A stretch of 63,434 bases of DNA, counting the filler, from Folioceros fuciformis (taxonomy: Eukaryota): the NCBI GenBank assembly GCA_049999805.1. It is 22 parts of 22 records of this genome, joined end to end, with 100 filler letters (N's around TTAATTAATTAA, not from the genome) between each part and the next. Parts side by side here need not be neighbours in the genome. Positions count along the whole stretch, not along the records: positions 24,315 to 28,151 come from JBNGIO010000656.1; positions 28,252 to 29,389 come from JBNGIO010000657.1; positions 29,490 to 31,244 come from JBNGIO010000658.1; positions 31,345 to 35,321 come from JBNGIO010000659.1; positions 35,422 to 37,954 come from JBNGIO010000660.1; 17 more parts are not named here. One strand, given 5' to 3'. The notes under the pieces were generated by a model. That model was not told the origin of the DNA. It searched no databases and saw only the letters and a list, made by a program, of their open reading frames with translations. Made by a program: the position numbers and the translations under genes. Shown one piece after another: positions 24,315-36,298 of the stretch (within the stretch, counting starts at the first letter, position 1; the number at the start of each line of letters is the position of its first letter).

Positions 24315-27228
24315 GGCGACGGTCGCCTGACGGTCTACCGCTCGTGGGTCCCACTCTCTCTCTCTCTCTCTCTCATTCCCCTCTCTCTAGGGTTTTCTCT
24401 CCCACCGGGTCGTTCCTACCCGACTGATTACCTCCTGCCCGCGCATCCCCTTTGGCACTTCCCTTCCTTGGTTCACCACAAAACTGCCTCACTCACCTCA
24501 GAAACAAGCGCACGCACACATGAACAGCAGCAATCTATTAAACGCCTTCCACCCGCATGATCTCACACCTTAGATACACCCCTGCGGTCTCAATTCAGCT
24601 TCTTCACAGCCTCTCCAGTCTCATCGCGACCAGTCACACATACACACCACGTCTCGTTGCACCCCACACACATTACCCACCTCGCCTCCGGGATTTCCCC
24701 GGCTTTGTTCTCTCTTACCCCACTCACTAGTTCGCTGTATACATTCTGCCCGTCTTAATAGTCGTCGAATCACTTCCACTCCACTTCACTCCCTGCTCCA
24801 CTCCTTCTGGCTTCCTTTTCGCATTCGCTCTTACCCACTACTCGGCCACTTGCTCCTCCCCCTTCTCACATACGCGCACTCTCACGCTCTCCTTTCTCCG
24901 GTTCTTTAGTCTTCTTTCTCAGCGATGCCCCTCCTGGGCTCCTATTAACGTTGAGGAATGGTGAGGTACCGGGGCTAAGGGAAGAGGAGTCCCTTCCACT
25001 CCGCACTCGCGGATTCGGCTCTGACACCCGCACCACCCCACGTGACCACCTCGAGGATAGTTGGGGAGCTTCTCTCCCACTCGGCAAGGCTCCTCCTCCC
25101 GATTCGTCCTCGGGCTTGATCACGGAGTGCCCACCACCTACACCCGCACCCCAGGTTGCTACATGTGCTCGCTTGCCTAGACCTCCTGTCCAGCAACGGC
25201 CATCGCTAGGTCCCTGCAAGGTCGACTGTTCGGCTGGTTCTTGCTGATTTCTTAGGCCTTCAAATCGGCCTCTTGTACACGGTGATGGCGGTTTTTTTCC
25301 GCCATAAAGTCTGTCAGGCGGGGGAGCTGCGCTCTTAAATTCTGAGCGACTTAGGTCCAAATAAAGCACGCTAAAAAATCCTATTCTAGCCTGCATTTAC
25401 TATTGCCCTTTCCCACGCCGCTAGCGGCTTCCTCCTGGCCTTCGCGTGTCACCCCTTGCTGCCCCTCCTCTCGCTCTTCTGCCCCTCCGTTGGTCCGGCA
25501 GATCCTCCCAGAGGATCTCCACATCACTGCTGCTGCTGCTGGACCTAGAAGGAGGCGCAGGTGGGTCCCGCCGCTGTGGTCCACCACTCCTCCTCCTTCT
25601 CTGGTTGTTCAGGACAGCCACAAGCCCCCGTTCTACCCAGCGCTGGACCTCCTCTTCCGTCAGTTCCTCCAGAACTGCCTCCGCATAGCAGTGGGGTAGT
25701 CCTGTCACCCACCAGCTGTAGTGGTAGAGTCCCAGGCGCGTCCTCAACTGTAGGACGTAGCCCCGCGTTCCTCCTGTTGTTATATGTACATACAGAAACA
25801 GCTTCAGAACTCTGGCCCCTTCTACATACAGGCCTGGCACATAGGACGCCTCCTCCTCATACTGCAGCACAATCCGACCTTCTGTCATAACAGAGGTGCT
25901 TACCCCGTCCTCCCTTGGGCTACCTTGGGTTGCCTGCTCCCCCTCCTGCTGGGGTACCTGAAGGTTCTATGCCTGCCCAGCTGTTGCCTCCTCCGGCTCT
26001 ATCCTCCTGGTACGGGTCACCCTCCTGGAGCGCCTAGGGGCAGGCGCCCCTACTGCTTCCTCCTTTGTTTCCAGGGTTGGTTCTTCAGCTATCCAGGGCC
26101 TTGCTGGGCCACCAGTAGCCCCGTTGGCTACCCGACTATCGATAGTCCCGTGGACTACCGGACTACCGGTAGTCCCCTCGACTACCGTTCCTCTAGTTCG
26201 GCTACCGGTAACCCCTTCTGCTACCGGGGTCGCTGACTGACTCGGACGCCCAGCCTTGCTCTTCCCCTTCACTCTCTCTTTGGCCTCATCCCGCTCCCGC
26301 TTGTATCTGTCAGCCAACTTCTGAGCCTGCTCCACAGCGGCTATCTCCATCTCCTGTGCCCTTGCCATTTCCTGTTTCATCTCCAAGTTAGTCTCGTGAT
26401 CCTCCCTCACCTGAGCTAGGAGGGTCCCCTGTTGCCAGCACTTCAGCCCTCGCCTTGCGCGCCTCTTCCTCGGCTTGAGCCTTCTCCCTGTCCAGGACCC
26501 GCTGCTTCTCCTCCAGCAGTTGCCGCGCCATCTCCGACTCCGCTAGTTGCCTCCTTGCTTCAGCCTCTCGCTCACGAGCCTTCTCCTCCTTTCCCCAAGC
26601 CTCGGCCTCTCGCTCCGCTTGTACACTTAACCAGGTCAGGGCCCTAGCAGCCTGATCCAGGAGGATTGCTTGGGCCTGCACCATCGCAGCAATCAGCCCA
26701 GGTAGGTCCACTTCCTGCACCTCTCTAGTGTCCATTCCTCTCGCCGTGATTTGTCTGCCCAGGAATTCTCGCAACTTGTCCAGGTCCCCCACCTGCAACC
26801 TGTCTCTCTAAGGCCTGCACCTGAAAATGTCCTTCCACCTTGAGGAACCCTCATGTGCTGAAACGTGCCCTAACTTATCCTCCTGTCTGGAGGAAACTGT
26901 GTCGGCTGCCATCACCTGATCCGGTGGCTCCTCAGGTCTTGTCCCACCCTGACCTTGCTCCTCCAACCTTCGATCCTTGATTCCCTGGATAGCTAGTTCT
27001 CGTTCTGCCTCCTGCTGACCTATCTGCTCCAGGGTTGTCCCCCCTTCCTCCTGATCAGCCCCCATGCTCACACTTTGTCCTCTAGTCCTCTTCCTCCTGG
27101 CAGGAGTCTTCTTTTGTCGCACCATCCTCTTCATGGGCTTGACTGGGGTTTCCTCCTGCGAGCTATTCCCACTGTCAGCTTCCCAACTGCTAGAGGCAGC
27201 CCTTGCTGGCTCAGCGGGCTTCCACTTC
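24315..27228 (-). mobile_element. Athila-like element 3' region: ORF-X (25421-27228) and 3' UTR
   Basis: Coiled-coil, repeat and C-terminal domain match the other copies; interrupted at 27229 by LTR-A. Confidence 0.8.
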
Positions 27229-28151
27229 TGTGGAGGCAAAACCCCGGGCACTGATTGCCAACGGGTTCCACCTTTAGTGGCCACACTTATCCCACTGTCG
27301 TTGAGACATTGGGTTTCGTTCCCACGAAGGAGCGATGGGGTTCCTTGCTGCTGTGGATGGAGGGTCGGACTTGATCAACTCGATGATGGATTCGAGGGCT
27401 CCCCTCCAGCTCTGATCAGGCGTAGGACAGGCCTTGCTGTCCGGCGGTCAGCTGCACCTCTCTCGGTGCCCACCAACTCACTCTTGTCACTACAACGACC
27501 CTAACCTCTCAGATCTGTGACTTCCCTCACTCACTTCACTCACTCTCTTACTCCAGCACCAACACCAACAACTACCAGCAACCAGCAACGACACCACTAC
27601 CTTCTACACTTCCCTACGGACTCCTCCTACCCGGCAAGAGTCACTAGACTAACTCCAAACAAAAGGACGAAGGGAACACACTCCCCTCTTGGGTATCTCC
27701 TCCCCACAACCTTACCAGACGCCATGAGACATGGCCGGCCTACAACACTTGACCAAGCAAGGAACAAGAGTGGACAGGTCGAGAGGAAGACACACCCTTT
27801 ATAATCAAGAGCTAGGGGCAAGCCCCTTCACCCTGGTCATTACACCTTGTGATCCTACCAGACACTATACAACTGGCAACACGCTGCCCGCGATCCTACC
27901 AGACACTGTACAGCCGGCAACACGCTGCCTGCGATCCTACCAGACACTGCACAGCCGGCAACACACGGCTTGCGATCCTACCAGACGTTGCACAGCCGGC
28001 AACACACTGCAGGTCCTAAACCAAGCAGGGACAGACCACAAGAGCTCAAGAAGCGAGGACCTCCAAGAGCTCACAAAGAGATAGACTGACTCCCAAAAGT
28101 GAATGACTCCCTCCTCCTACAGGCTCACCTGATCTTATAGGAGCCTCTCTC
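27229..28151 (-). mobile_element. LTR family A copy inserted in ORF-X
   Basis: The insertion splits the (V)KWKP codons that are intact at 39006 and 51542. Confidence 0.9.
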
Positions 28152-28604
28152 NNNNNNNNNNNNNNNNNNNNNNNNNNNNNNNNNNNNNNNNNNNNTTAAT
28201 TAATTAANNNNNNNNNNNNNNNNNNNNNNNNNNNNNNNNNNNNNNNNNNNNAAGACCAAGGAGCAGACTTGGATTAGGTTGCCCTGGATTAGGCCTTCCC
28301 CTAATAGCTGAAAGTTAAGGGTCTTGTTCCAACGTGATTGATTCCCCCAAGATCTGCTGATTGCTTGCCCCTCTCCTCCTCCTCTCTAGTGTATGCCCTG
28401 GCTGTGCCCTCCTTAGCTCCCTCTCCACTGCTCTTTGCTCACGCTCCAATACTTGCTGCTGCCTCCTTACTTGAGCTTGAGCTCCCCTTCAAAGCTAGAG
28501 TTGAAATCTTTAGCTCCTATGCGGGGCATCCATCAACCCTGCACATTCCCTTGTACAGTCCCCTATCTAGGTCAGTCCTCTCCAAACCTTGACAGCAATG
28601 TCAC

Positions 28605-28622
28605 TCCCCGGCAACGGCGCCA
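28605..28622 (-). promoter_or_regulatory. Primer-binding site complementary to the tRNA-Asp 3' end
   Basis: TGGCGCCGTTGCCGGGGA, 3 nt after the LTR end; the canonical Athila-type PBS. Confidence 0.92.
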
Positions 28623-28625
28623 AAA

Positions 28626-29389
28626 TGTGGAGTGAAACTTGCACCCAAGAACCACCAAGGGGCCACACTTCCCCTTATTATCGTTGCAGTCTTATGATTC
28701 GCTCCCAAGGGAGTGAACTAATGTCAAGGTTACCTACATCTCCCTAATCTCACCCTATCTATCAGCATATACCAAGTGCTACAGCAATAGGTCAGAAGTC
28801 TCGGTCCTGTCTTCGGCTCCTACCACAACACCAACCCCAGCCTCAACAAAATGAGAACTCCAGCATTGTCTTCAGCCTTCATTTCCAGCTCCAAGTATCA
28901 ATCACTTCAGTGCTAAGAGGAGGCTCCAGCTCCAAGTCTGGCCTCCAACCCTCAGCACCTAGTGCTAGCTACCTCCGCAGCTGAACGAGAACCTCTACTT
29001 CAGCTAGCTCCTCACTCCGGCTCCAACACTTCATTCCACCACTTGAGCACTTCACTTGAGCACTTCAGTCCTTCACTTGAGCACTTCAGTCCTTCACTTC
29101 ACCTTCCAGCCCCTCACTTCAGCTCAACTCCTCACTTCAACGCTTCCACTTCCAAAATCTACAACTCAACCCTTCTCTCCTGCAATTTGGAACACAACAG
29201 CCTTCCCTCTTGCAGCCTTCAAGGCAAAGGCGAGGCCTAGGGCTGGGTAGCCTCCTTGGCTCACGGCCCTGCAACCTCACCTCAGCCAGCATGCAAGGTG
29301 GTCAGCCATTGCGGATCCGGCCACACGAATCTTGGCAGTCTAGGGATCCTCCACGTTCCCCTAGTGGCAAGGGAAATCAAGACCTTGGT
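28626..29389 (-). mobile_element. 5' LTR of family B
   Basis: Ends ...CACTCCACA followed by the PBS; homologous to 9066-9790; internal 21-bp duplication CACTTGAGCACTTCAGTCCTT. Confidence 0.88.
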
Positions 29390-29489
29390 NNNNNNNNNNN
29401 NNNNNNNNNNNNNNNNNNNNNNNNNNNNNNNNNTTAATTAATTAANNNNNNNNNNNNNNNNNNNNNNNNNNNNNNNNNNNNNNNNNNNN

Positions 29490-29627
29490 CACAAAGAAAA
29501 ATAGGAAAAATGACCAGAAAATCAAGGAAAATTAGGGAAAATAAGTTGAAAAAGAAAACCAAACCATACCACTATTAACCCTTTTTCAACCAAAACAAAC
29601 TACTACCCCAAACTTTGGAGGTTCACA
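29490..29627. mobile_element. Terminus of repeat family G (probable LTR end ...GGAGGTTCACA)
   Basis: Near-identical at 35422-35472 and 45067-45202, each followed by an unrelated target sequence. Confidence 0.8.
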
Positions 29628-29859
29628 GGGTGGTACGCCGACTATTGAGCTGTAAGTACTGGTTTGGCCTAGACCCTGAGTGAGCGGAACTTCAGGCTTG
29701 TGGACACTTGGCTATCAATAGCGTAGCCTTGATGATGGTCTAGCAAGGAGTTAGAGTTAGTCAATAGGCACAAGTTGCTGTGCACTTTTACATTCTCATT
29801 TTTCTTAAATCACTGCTAATTACCGACCTTGCTTGGTTTCTGCATGGACTATATATGCC

Positions 29860-30535
29860 ATCTGATGGGAGTGATGATGAGCCAGCTTACCATCTGAGAA
29901 GTAGGACCGTTCCACGGCGACCTTGGGTACCTCGGCAGAGGGCACAACGTCAATGGACTGCCAAGCCTACTTCACCACAGCAGAGACCAAGTGAGGAGTG
30001 GAGTGATCGCCACCCTAGCTAGAGTGTCACATACCAGAGTAGCATTGGGGAAGTGCTTGGACCTGCTAGGGCAATAGGAGTAAGCTGGTCGCCGCTGTCG
30101 AACATTGTTTAGGCTGTAGGTGGAGACACAAGTTCGGAGGAAAAGGAGTCCGAGGAGTTTGACACTATGGAGGGATCGGGAGCACCTGTTCACAAGTCTG
30201 AAAAGTTCTATGGCAGGCTAGGGACGCAGACCCTCAGGGATTTCAAGTTGTTCTCTGGCTTCTTAACCAGTCACGTTAAGTTTAAGCATGGAGCTAGCTG
30301 CTTATACCCATAGGTATATGTTTGAACAGCTACCTGGGTATCTAGCTGATGAAGCTCTAGACCCGTTTGAGATTCATGCACCAGAAATGTTGGCAATGGT
30401 AGAAATGCTCAACCCTGCTTACACGGCAGCCCTTCAAGTGGCATACAATAGTTTGTTGGCCACTGCGATGGCCACTCACCAAGCAGGGATTGCAGCTAGC
30501 ACTATTGCCACATCAGTCCCACCACCTACGGTAGT
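29860..30535 (+). mobile_element. Degenerate gag-like N-terminal region
   Basis: YHLRSR motif, KFYGRLGTQTLRDFK, FEQLPGYLADEALD; frameshifted. Confidence 0.4.
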
Positions 30536-30539
30536 AAAC

Positions 30540-31244
30540 ATGACTCACAGGAGATGGTTTTCGACGGCTCTAGGAAGGAAAGAAGCTCTCACTTTACCTA
30601 CACTCATTGTTGTTATGCAGAATGCTTATACACCAACGCCAGCAGTGCACAAAGTGAAGGAGGTGCCAGACTTCCGACGATTTGTGTGGCCTATACCTTA
30701 CGGGAAAGCTGGTTATCAGAATGTATCAGCTGTTCACCTGCTGCACAATATTTCGTTCCAACACCAGTTCAAGATCACAAGGGAGAGCCGAGGAGAACGG
30801 GGCTTTAAAACAGTAATGCGAGGGAAGTAGTATTGTACAGATAAATATTGGTCGCCAGATAAGGGTATCAAGTTTCTAAAGCATATTCCGGACACAGATA
30901 TCAAAGTTACTCCATTTATACATCAGGACAGTTTCAGACAATGTGCTTGAACATCATGTAGCACAAATAAGATCAAAATTGGAGCTGAGATTAGGACAAC
31001 ACTTAGGAGCAAGCGAGAACTTCTGGTGGGATGGGTTTTGGGCAGAGCAAGAGGCTATCGTGCATTCACTCAACTCTGGTGTAGACAGAGACCTTGATTC
31101 TCCTTGGAGGTGGTATAATCGAGAAGCGGCAGAATTATTGAACACACCCGTAACTGTTCCGGACGAAATCGTTGTTCACAATCCACGAATCCGCAAGATT
31201 CCCAGAAGAAACATGTTTGTGGGTGCATACTGTAGGGAGGCGGA
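30540..31244 (+). mobile_element. DNA-transposase-like fragment (C-terminal region of DUF7869-type proteins)
   Basis: FSTALGRKEALTLPTL..YTPTPAVHKVKEVPDF..LHNISFQHQFKI..K*YCTDKYWSP; pattern recognition only. Confidence 0.45.
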
Positions 31245-32589
31245 NNNNNNNNNNNNNNNNNNNNNNNNNNNNNNNNNNNNNNNNNNNNTTAATTAATTAA
31301 NNNNNNNNNNNNNNNNNNNNNNNNNNNNNNNNNNNNNNNNNNNNTCCTCCCTTGGGCGCCGATTGGGTCTGCAGGTGCAGTGGTGAGGGGCGCGCCAGGG
31401 TTCACATGGCCAAGGAGCTCGCCTTTGCAACCTTGAAAGGCAGAGCACCGTGGAAGAGCACCTGCAATTCCCTTTGGAATTGCTCGTCCTCACTGATCTT
31501 GCGCCTATAGCGATGGTGTGTGGTAGCCACAGATTGAAGGTAAGAACGGGCGCGCGCCGACCTAGGCATGCAAGCCTTCAGGCGCCGGGAGAGCCAAGAG
31601 CTGGGTTTAGACGCCCGCACCATGGATTGCTACAGGATTGCAGGATGCCGCGGGTCCGCAGGAGGGAGAGGCGCCTGGCCTCTTCCGTTTTGGTTTTAAA
31701 TGTCATTTGAAGTTTTAACTGTTTATATCTACAAGAGTGCAGATATTATACGACCTGGAGACATAATGGGGCTAGTGGTTGGCCCACTTCATGAGATGCT
31801 GAACCACTAGCCCCATTCTGGTTGGCTAGTGGCTAGATGAGGTGTCCATCAGGGCCCGGATGAGGTGCTTGCCTGTGTGATAGTCAAATTTTTGATCGGA
31901 TGAGGTGCTTGCCCGTGTGCATAGTAAAATTTAAGATTGATATATTTGTGCTCTCATACCATATAAGATTGAAGAGATTATCAAAGGTAAAGAATAATTA
32001 AATTATGAACGTGTATGTGTCTTATAGGTCCCGGAGTGAGGGGGTGCGTCCCTTCACCCATCCATTCCGGATATCTAGGATGTTTATTCTAATAGAGTCC
32101 TATCTATTGAAGCTTTGTGCGATGAAAGCGCACTTGGGTGGGTGCCTCGTGCATCCGTTGGCTCACCTCGTGCTCCTGCCAGCCATGTCTGCCTGGATGA
32201 TATCATCTCTTCTTGCTCTTAAGAGACTTGGCTCAGGTGACCGCAAGGAGCCAGCTCTTGGGAGGCAATGAAGCCGGCAGTTGCAGCATGTTTGCAAGAA
32301 ATCCAATTTGCTCAATGTGTCCTGGTGGACCTTCCAGAGGAGGGCATCACCAGGACGTGTTGCGGCTGCTTGTTTTTCTGCTTGGATCACAATGACGATG
32401 ACAATGGCTCCACATCGCCTGACTTCCGTGATGAGGAGCTCCAGGAGGTCCTCTAGATCAAGCAACGTGCGTAAGCCAGACTGGGGGGACGAGCAGCAAG
32501 ATATGCAGAGAGTGCGGCTCGATGGTAGCCCTTGGATGCCTGCAGGATGCCGGAGGAGAGTAAGGTTGAAAGCGTGAGCACACGCTTCC

Positions 32590-32919
32590 GACACGAAGCA
32601 TAGATTTAGCATGCTAGAGGAAAAAGGAAAGCCAGTTGTTAGGACTAATCAAGGTCATTCGATTACGGCGGTCAAGACAAAGCACATCCTGGCGCTAGTT
32701 CTGTCTGCTTAAGATGTTCCAGTTTGTGTCCATGGTACGTACCTCCCATACTTGGATGAAATAAGGAGGGTGGGATTGAGCAAAATGGGGCGCTTGCATA
32801 TTCACTTCGCCACAGGCTTGCCAAATGAATGCGGAGTTATGAGCGGAATGCGCCAGTCCTGTGAAGTTTTCATTCACTTGGATGTGGAGAGAGCTGTCAA
32901 GGATGGGATGAAACTTTTG
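32590..32919 (+). pseudogene. TPT1: tRNA 2'-phosphotransferase (Tpt1/KptA) intronless fragment
   Basis: DTKHRFSML..VRTNQGHSI..VPVCVHGTY..GLSKMGRLHIHFATGLP..SGMRQSCEVFIHLDVERAVKDGM; one TAA stop; both ends missing. Confidence 0.9.
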
Positions 32920-33029
32920 AAGTTTGACAACAGCGTCTGGTGGGAGAAGTAAGGGGGCTTGGTAAGGTCCGAGCACTGGACGTGTGTGTGTTGGTCAGTC
33001 GAGCTTTAGGTGTTAATTAACTTTAGAAG

Positions 33030-33146
33030 CTAACCTGTGTAGTTTAACACAAATCATTCCCTTGGGATTGAATCCCAGAGCTACAACGACATAGAGGGCT
33101 TGTGTGGACCTCGCGGTACCCCCGGGTACTATATTTTAACCCCACA
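33030..33146 (+). mobile_element. LTR family D 3' terminus
   Basis: Homologous to 42685-42796, 52781-52895 and 10732-10795. Confidence 0.8.
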
Positions 33147-34474
33147 ATACAGATAGGCTGTTTGCACGTCAAGTTGGTGGGTATGGAGATTATGTTTGGC
33201 TGCTAAAGCCAGCATAACACGTAGGGAGGTCAATTTGACAACTGGGGTATAGATCCTGTCACTTGAATAATCGAACCCATCACGCTGAGTGAAACCTCTT
33301 GCAACAAAACGGACCTTCAGTCTGGAAACCTGACCATCCACATTGTATTTCTTTCTGAGTACCCATTTACTTCCCACAACGTGAGGTCCTGGTGGTAATG
33401 GTACAAGGGTCCAGGTTTTGTTGTCCATAAGCGATTGATACTCGTTGTCCATGGCCTTTCTCTATTCTTTTGCTTTAGGGCCAGCCAGGGCCTCCTGTGT
33501 TGGAACTATGTCGGGTCGATCAGCAGTGTAAGCAGCTAGACCACGAGCATTGGAAAAATCTAAGTCATGGAATTTAATCCCAGGAATGCCTTTAGTGGTT
33601 CTCCGGGAGGTGTGTGTTGGAGGATCAAGGTTGTGCCGATTACTCGTTTCCGTTGTGTTCTGATTGCTGGTTTCTATTGCTGGTCGCGAGTGAATTTGCA
33701 GGTCATCGATTCCAGTTGCCATGCCCTCTCCTGCTGTGAGCTGCAAGGGAGGAAGCGGTCCCTGGATACCCGGTGGAGGAGGAGCTGGTGTGACCGGTGT
33801 ACCTAGAATTGAGGGAGCTCTAACTAGTGCAGTGAGAGTAGTGGCGGGCTGTGGAGGTGAGGCCGGGAGAGTAACTAGAATGGGTGCCACAGGGCTGGGG
33901 GGCTGGCCATGAGTGGCAGGTGGTATAAGTGCGGCGGGACCTGCCATAGGTCCAGGCTGCCAATCTAGGCCAAGCTCCTCATAATCAGGTTCGGCATGAT
34001 CTTGCGGTGTCGACGAAGGCACACCCTCTGGAGGCTAGAGGAGGGAATTCTCATCGAACACAATAGAGATTCCGACCGACAGAGATTCACCAGGTGGCTC
34101 GGTCTAGAAGTCGATAGCCTTTGATGCCTTCGCTTTCCCCGTAGCCGATGAAGGTAAGTTTAACGGATCTTGAATCCAATTTCCGGCATCCTTCGGCTGG
34201 GACATGTTTGTAGGCAGGACATCCGAAAATTCTTAAATGGCTTACCTGTGGTTTGTGACCTGTCCAGATCTCAAAGGGTATTTTATCCCGGATCGTAGAG
34301 GTGCCGCATCGGTTTTTGACATAGCACACAGCAGCAGCAGCATCAGCCCACAAAACATTTGGTAGACCAGCTGTGGCTAGGGAGCTCCTTGTGGCATCCA
34401 TAAGGGAACGATTTCTGCGTTCCGCTTTCCTTAGTTGTTCATGTGCATAGGGTAGAATTTTCTGGTGTATTATG
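33147..34474 (-). mobile_element. Ty1/copia integrase core end to RT N-terminus
   Basis: AERRNRSLMDATRS, PFEIWTGHKP..HLRIFGCPAY, FIGY..KGYRL, WTLVPLP, KWV, RFVARGFTQ, HQLDVQTAYL. Confidence 0.93.
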
Positions 34475-34555
34475 TGTCAATAGGATCGACTCCAGTCTAC
34501 GTGCAAGTGTAGGAGAGGAGAGGAGAGAAGAGAGGGTGGTATTGGTGATCACAAC
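34475..34555. mobile_element. Terminus of LTR family C, interrupted by LTR-A
   Basis: TGTCAATAGGATCGACTCC..GATCACAAC also occurs at 43113-43193, where it is uninterrupted. Confidence 0.75.
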
Positions 34556-35321
34556 TGTGGAGGCAAAACCCGGGCACCGATCGCCAACGGGTTCCACCTT
34601 TAGCGGCCACACTTATCCCACTGTCGTTGAGACATTGGGTTTCGTTCCCACGAAGGAGCGATGGGGTTCCTTGCTGCTGTGGATGGAGGGTCGGACTTGA
34701 TCGACTCGATGACGGATTCGAGGGCTCCCCTCCAGCTCCGATCAGGCGTAGGACAGGCCTCGCTGTCCGGCGGTCAGCTGCACCTCTCTCGGTGCCCACA
34801 AACTCACTCCAGTCACTACAACGACTCTAACCTCTCAGATTTGCGTCTTCCCTCACACACCTCACTCACTCTCTCACTCTAGCACCAACACCAGCAACTA
34901 CCAGCAACCAGCAACGACACCACTACCTTCTACACTTCCCTACGGACTCCTCCTACCCGGCAAGAGTCACTAGACTAACCCCAAACAAAAGGAAGAAGGG
35001 AACACACTCCCCTCTTGGGTATCTCCTCCCCACAACCTTACCAGACGCCATGAGACATGGTCGGCCTACAGCACTTGACCAAGCAAGGAACAAGAGTGGA
35101 TAGGTTGAGAGAAAGACACACCCTTTACAATCAAGAGCTAGGGGCAAGCCCCTACACCCTGGTCATTACACCTTGTGATCCTATCAGACACTATATAACC
35201 GGCAACACGCTGCCCGCGATCCTACCAGACACTGTACAGCCGGCAACACGCTGCCCGCGATCCTACCAGACACTGTACAGCCGGCAACACACGGCTTGCG
35301 ATCCTACCAGACGTTGCACAG
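34556..35321 (-). mobile_element. LTR family A copy
   Basis: Near-identical to the other copies. Confidence 0.9.
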
Positions 35322-35472
35322 NNNNNNNNNNNNNNNNNNNNNNNNNNNNNNNNNNNNNNNNNNNNTTAATTAATTAANNNNNNNNNNNNNNNNNNNNNNN
35401 NNNNNNNNNNNNNNNNNNNNNAACCCTTTTTCAACCAAAACAAACTACTACCCCAAACTTTGGAGGTTCACA

Positions 35473-36298
35473 CTGAGCTTGACCTCGAGCTCCACCAAAT
35501 GGACGTGAAGACTGCTTTCTTTACGGCAATCTAGACGAGGAGGTCTACATGAATCTGCCTAAAGGCTATGTCAGCAAGCAACACCCATGCAAAGTCCTAA
35601 GGCTGAGAAAGTGTATCTATGGCCTTAAGCAAAGTGGCTGTGTTTGGTACACCACCATGCACGCCTACCTCCTGAGTGTCTCTTTCACCCAGAGCACAAC
35701 CGACGGCAACGTATACAAGTTGTCTCAAGGCCCCCATTTTGTGATCCTTGCTCTCTATGTTGACGACCTTACTCTTGCAGCAAACAACTCCGAAATGCTA
35801 GCAGAGGTCAAGCAACTCCCGAGCGCTCACTTCAAAATGAAGGACATAGGTGAACTCCAATTTTGCCTTGGCATACAAATCCTTTGGAACATGACAGAAG
35901 GAAGATTGGTCATCCACCAGCTGAAGTACATCAACGAGATACTACAAAAGTTCAAGTTGGATCAAGCCAGGTCGGTATCCACTCCCTATGCCGTGGGCAC
36001 TAAGCTCACAGCCAACCAGTGCCCACAGACAGAGGAGGAAGCCAAAGAAATGCAAGGGATCCCCTACCGTCATGCCATAGGTAGCCTCCTCTTTGTCAGT
36101 GGATGGACAAGGCCAGACATCCAATACTCTATCTCCATGGTATCCCAATTCCTAGAGTCGCCAGGCAAGGCACACTAGGCTGCCGTCAAGAGGGTGTTCC
36201 GCTACTTGAAGGAAACCCTAACATATGGGCTTATATACCAAAGTGGAGGAACAGGCAAGCTCTCACTCACTAGTTATACGAATGCCGATTGGGCATAT
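35473..36298 (+). mobile_element. Ty1/copia RT, decayed
   Basis: HQMDVKTAF, IYGLKQS, LYVDDL, FKMKDIG, TRPDI. Confidence 0.93.

Noticed and set aside
28605-28622. tRNA-Asp gene
   Set aside because: Only the 3' 18 nt including CCA are present, abutting an LTR; this is a primer-binding site.
33079-33089. AGCTACAACGA, resembling the 10-23 DNAzyme core
   Set aside because: Only 11 of 15 nt match, it varies in other LTR-D copies (GCTATAACGA), and it is part of the shared U5 motif.
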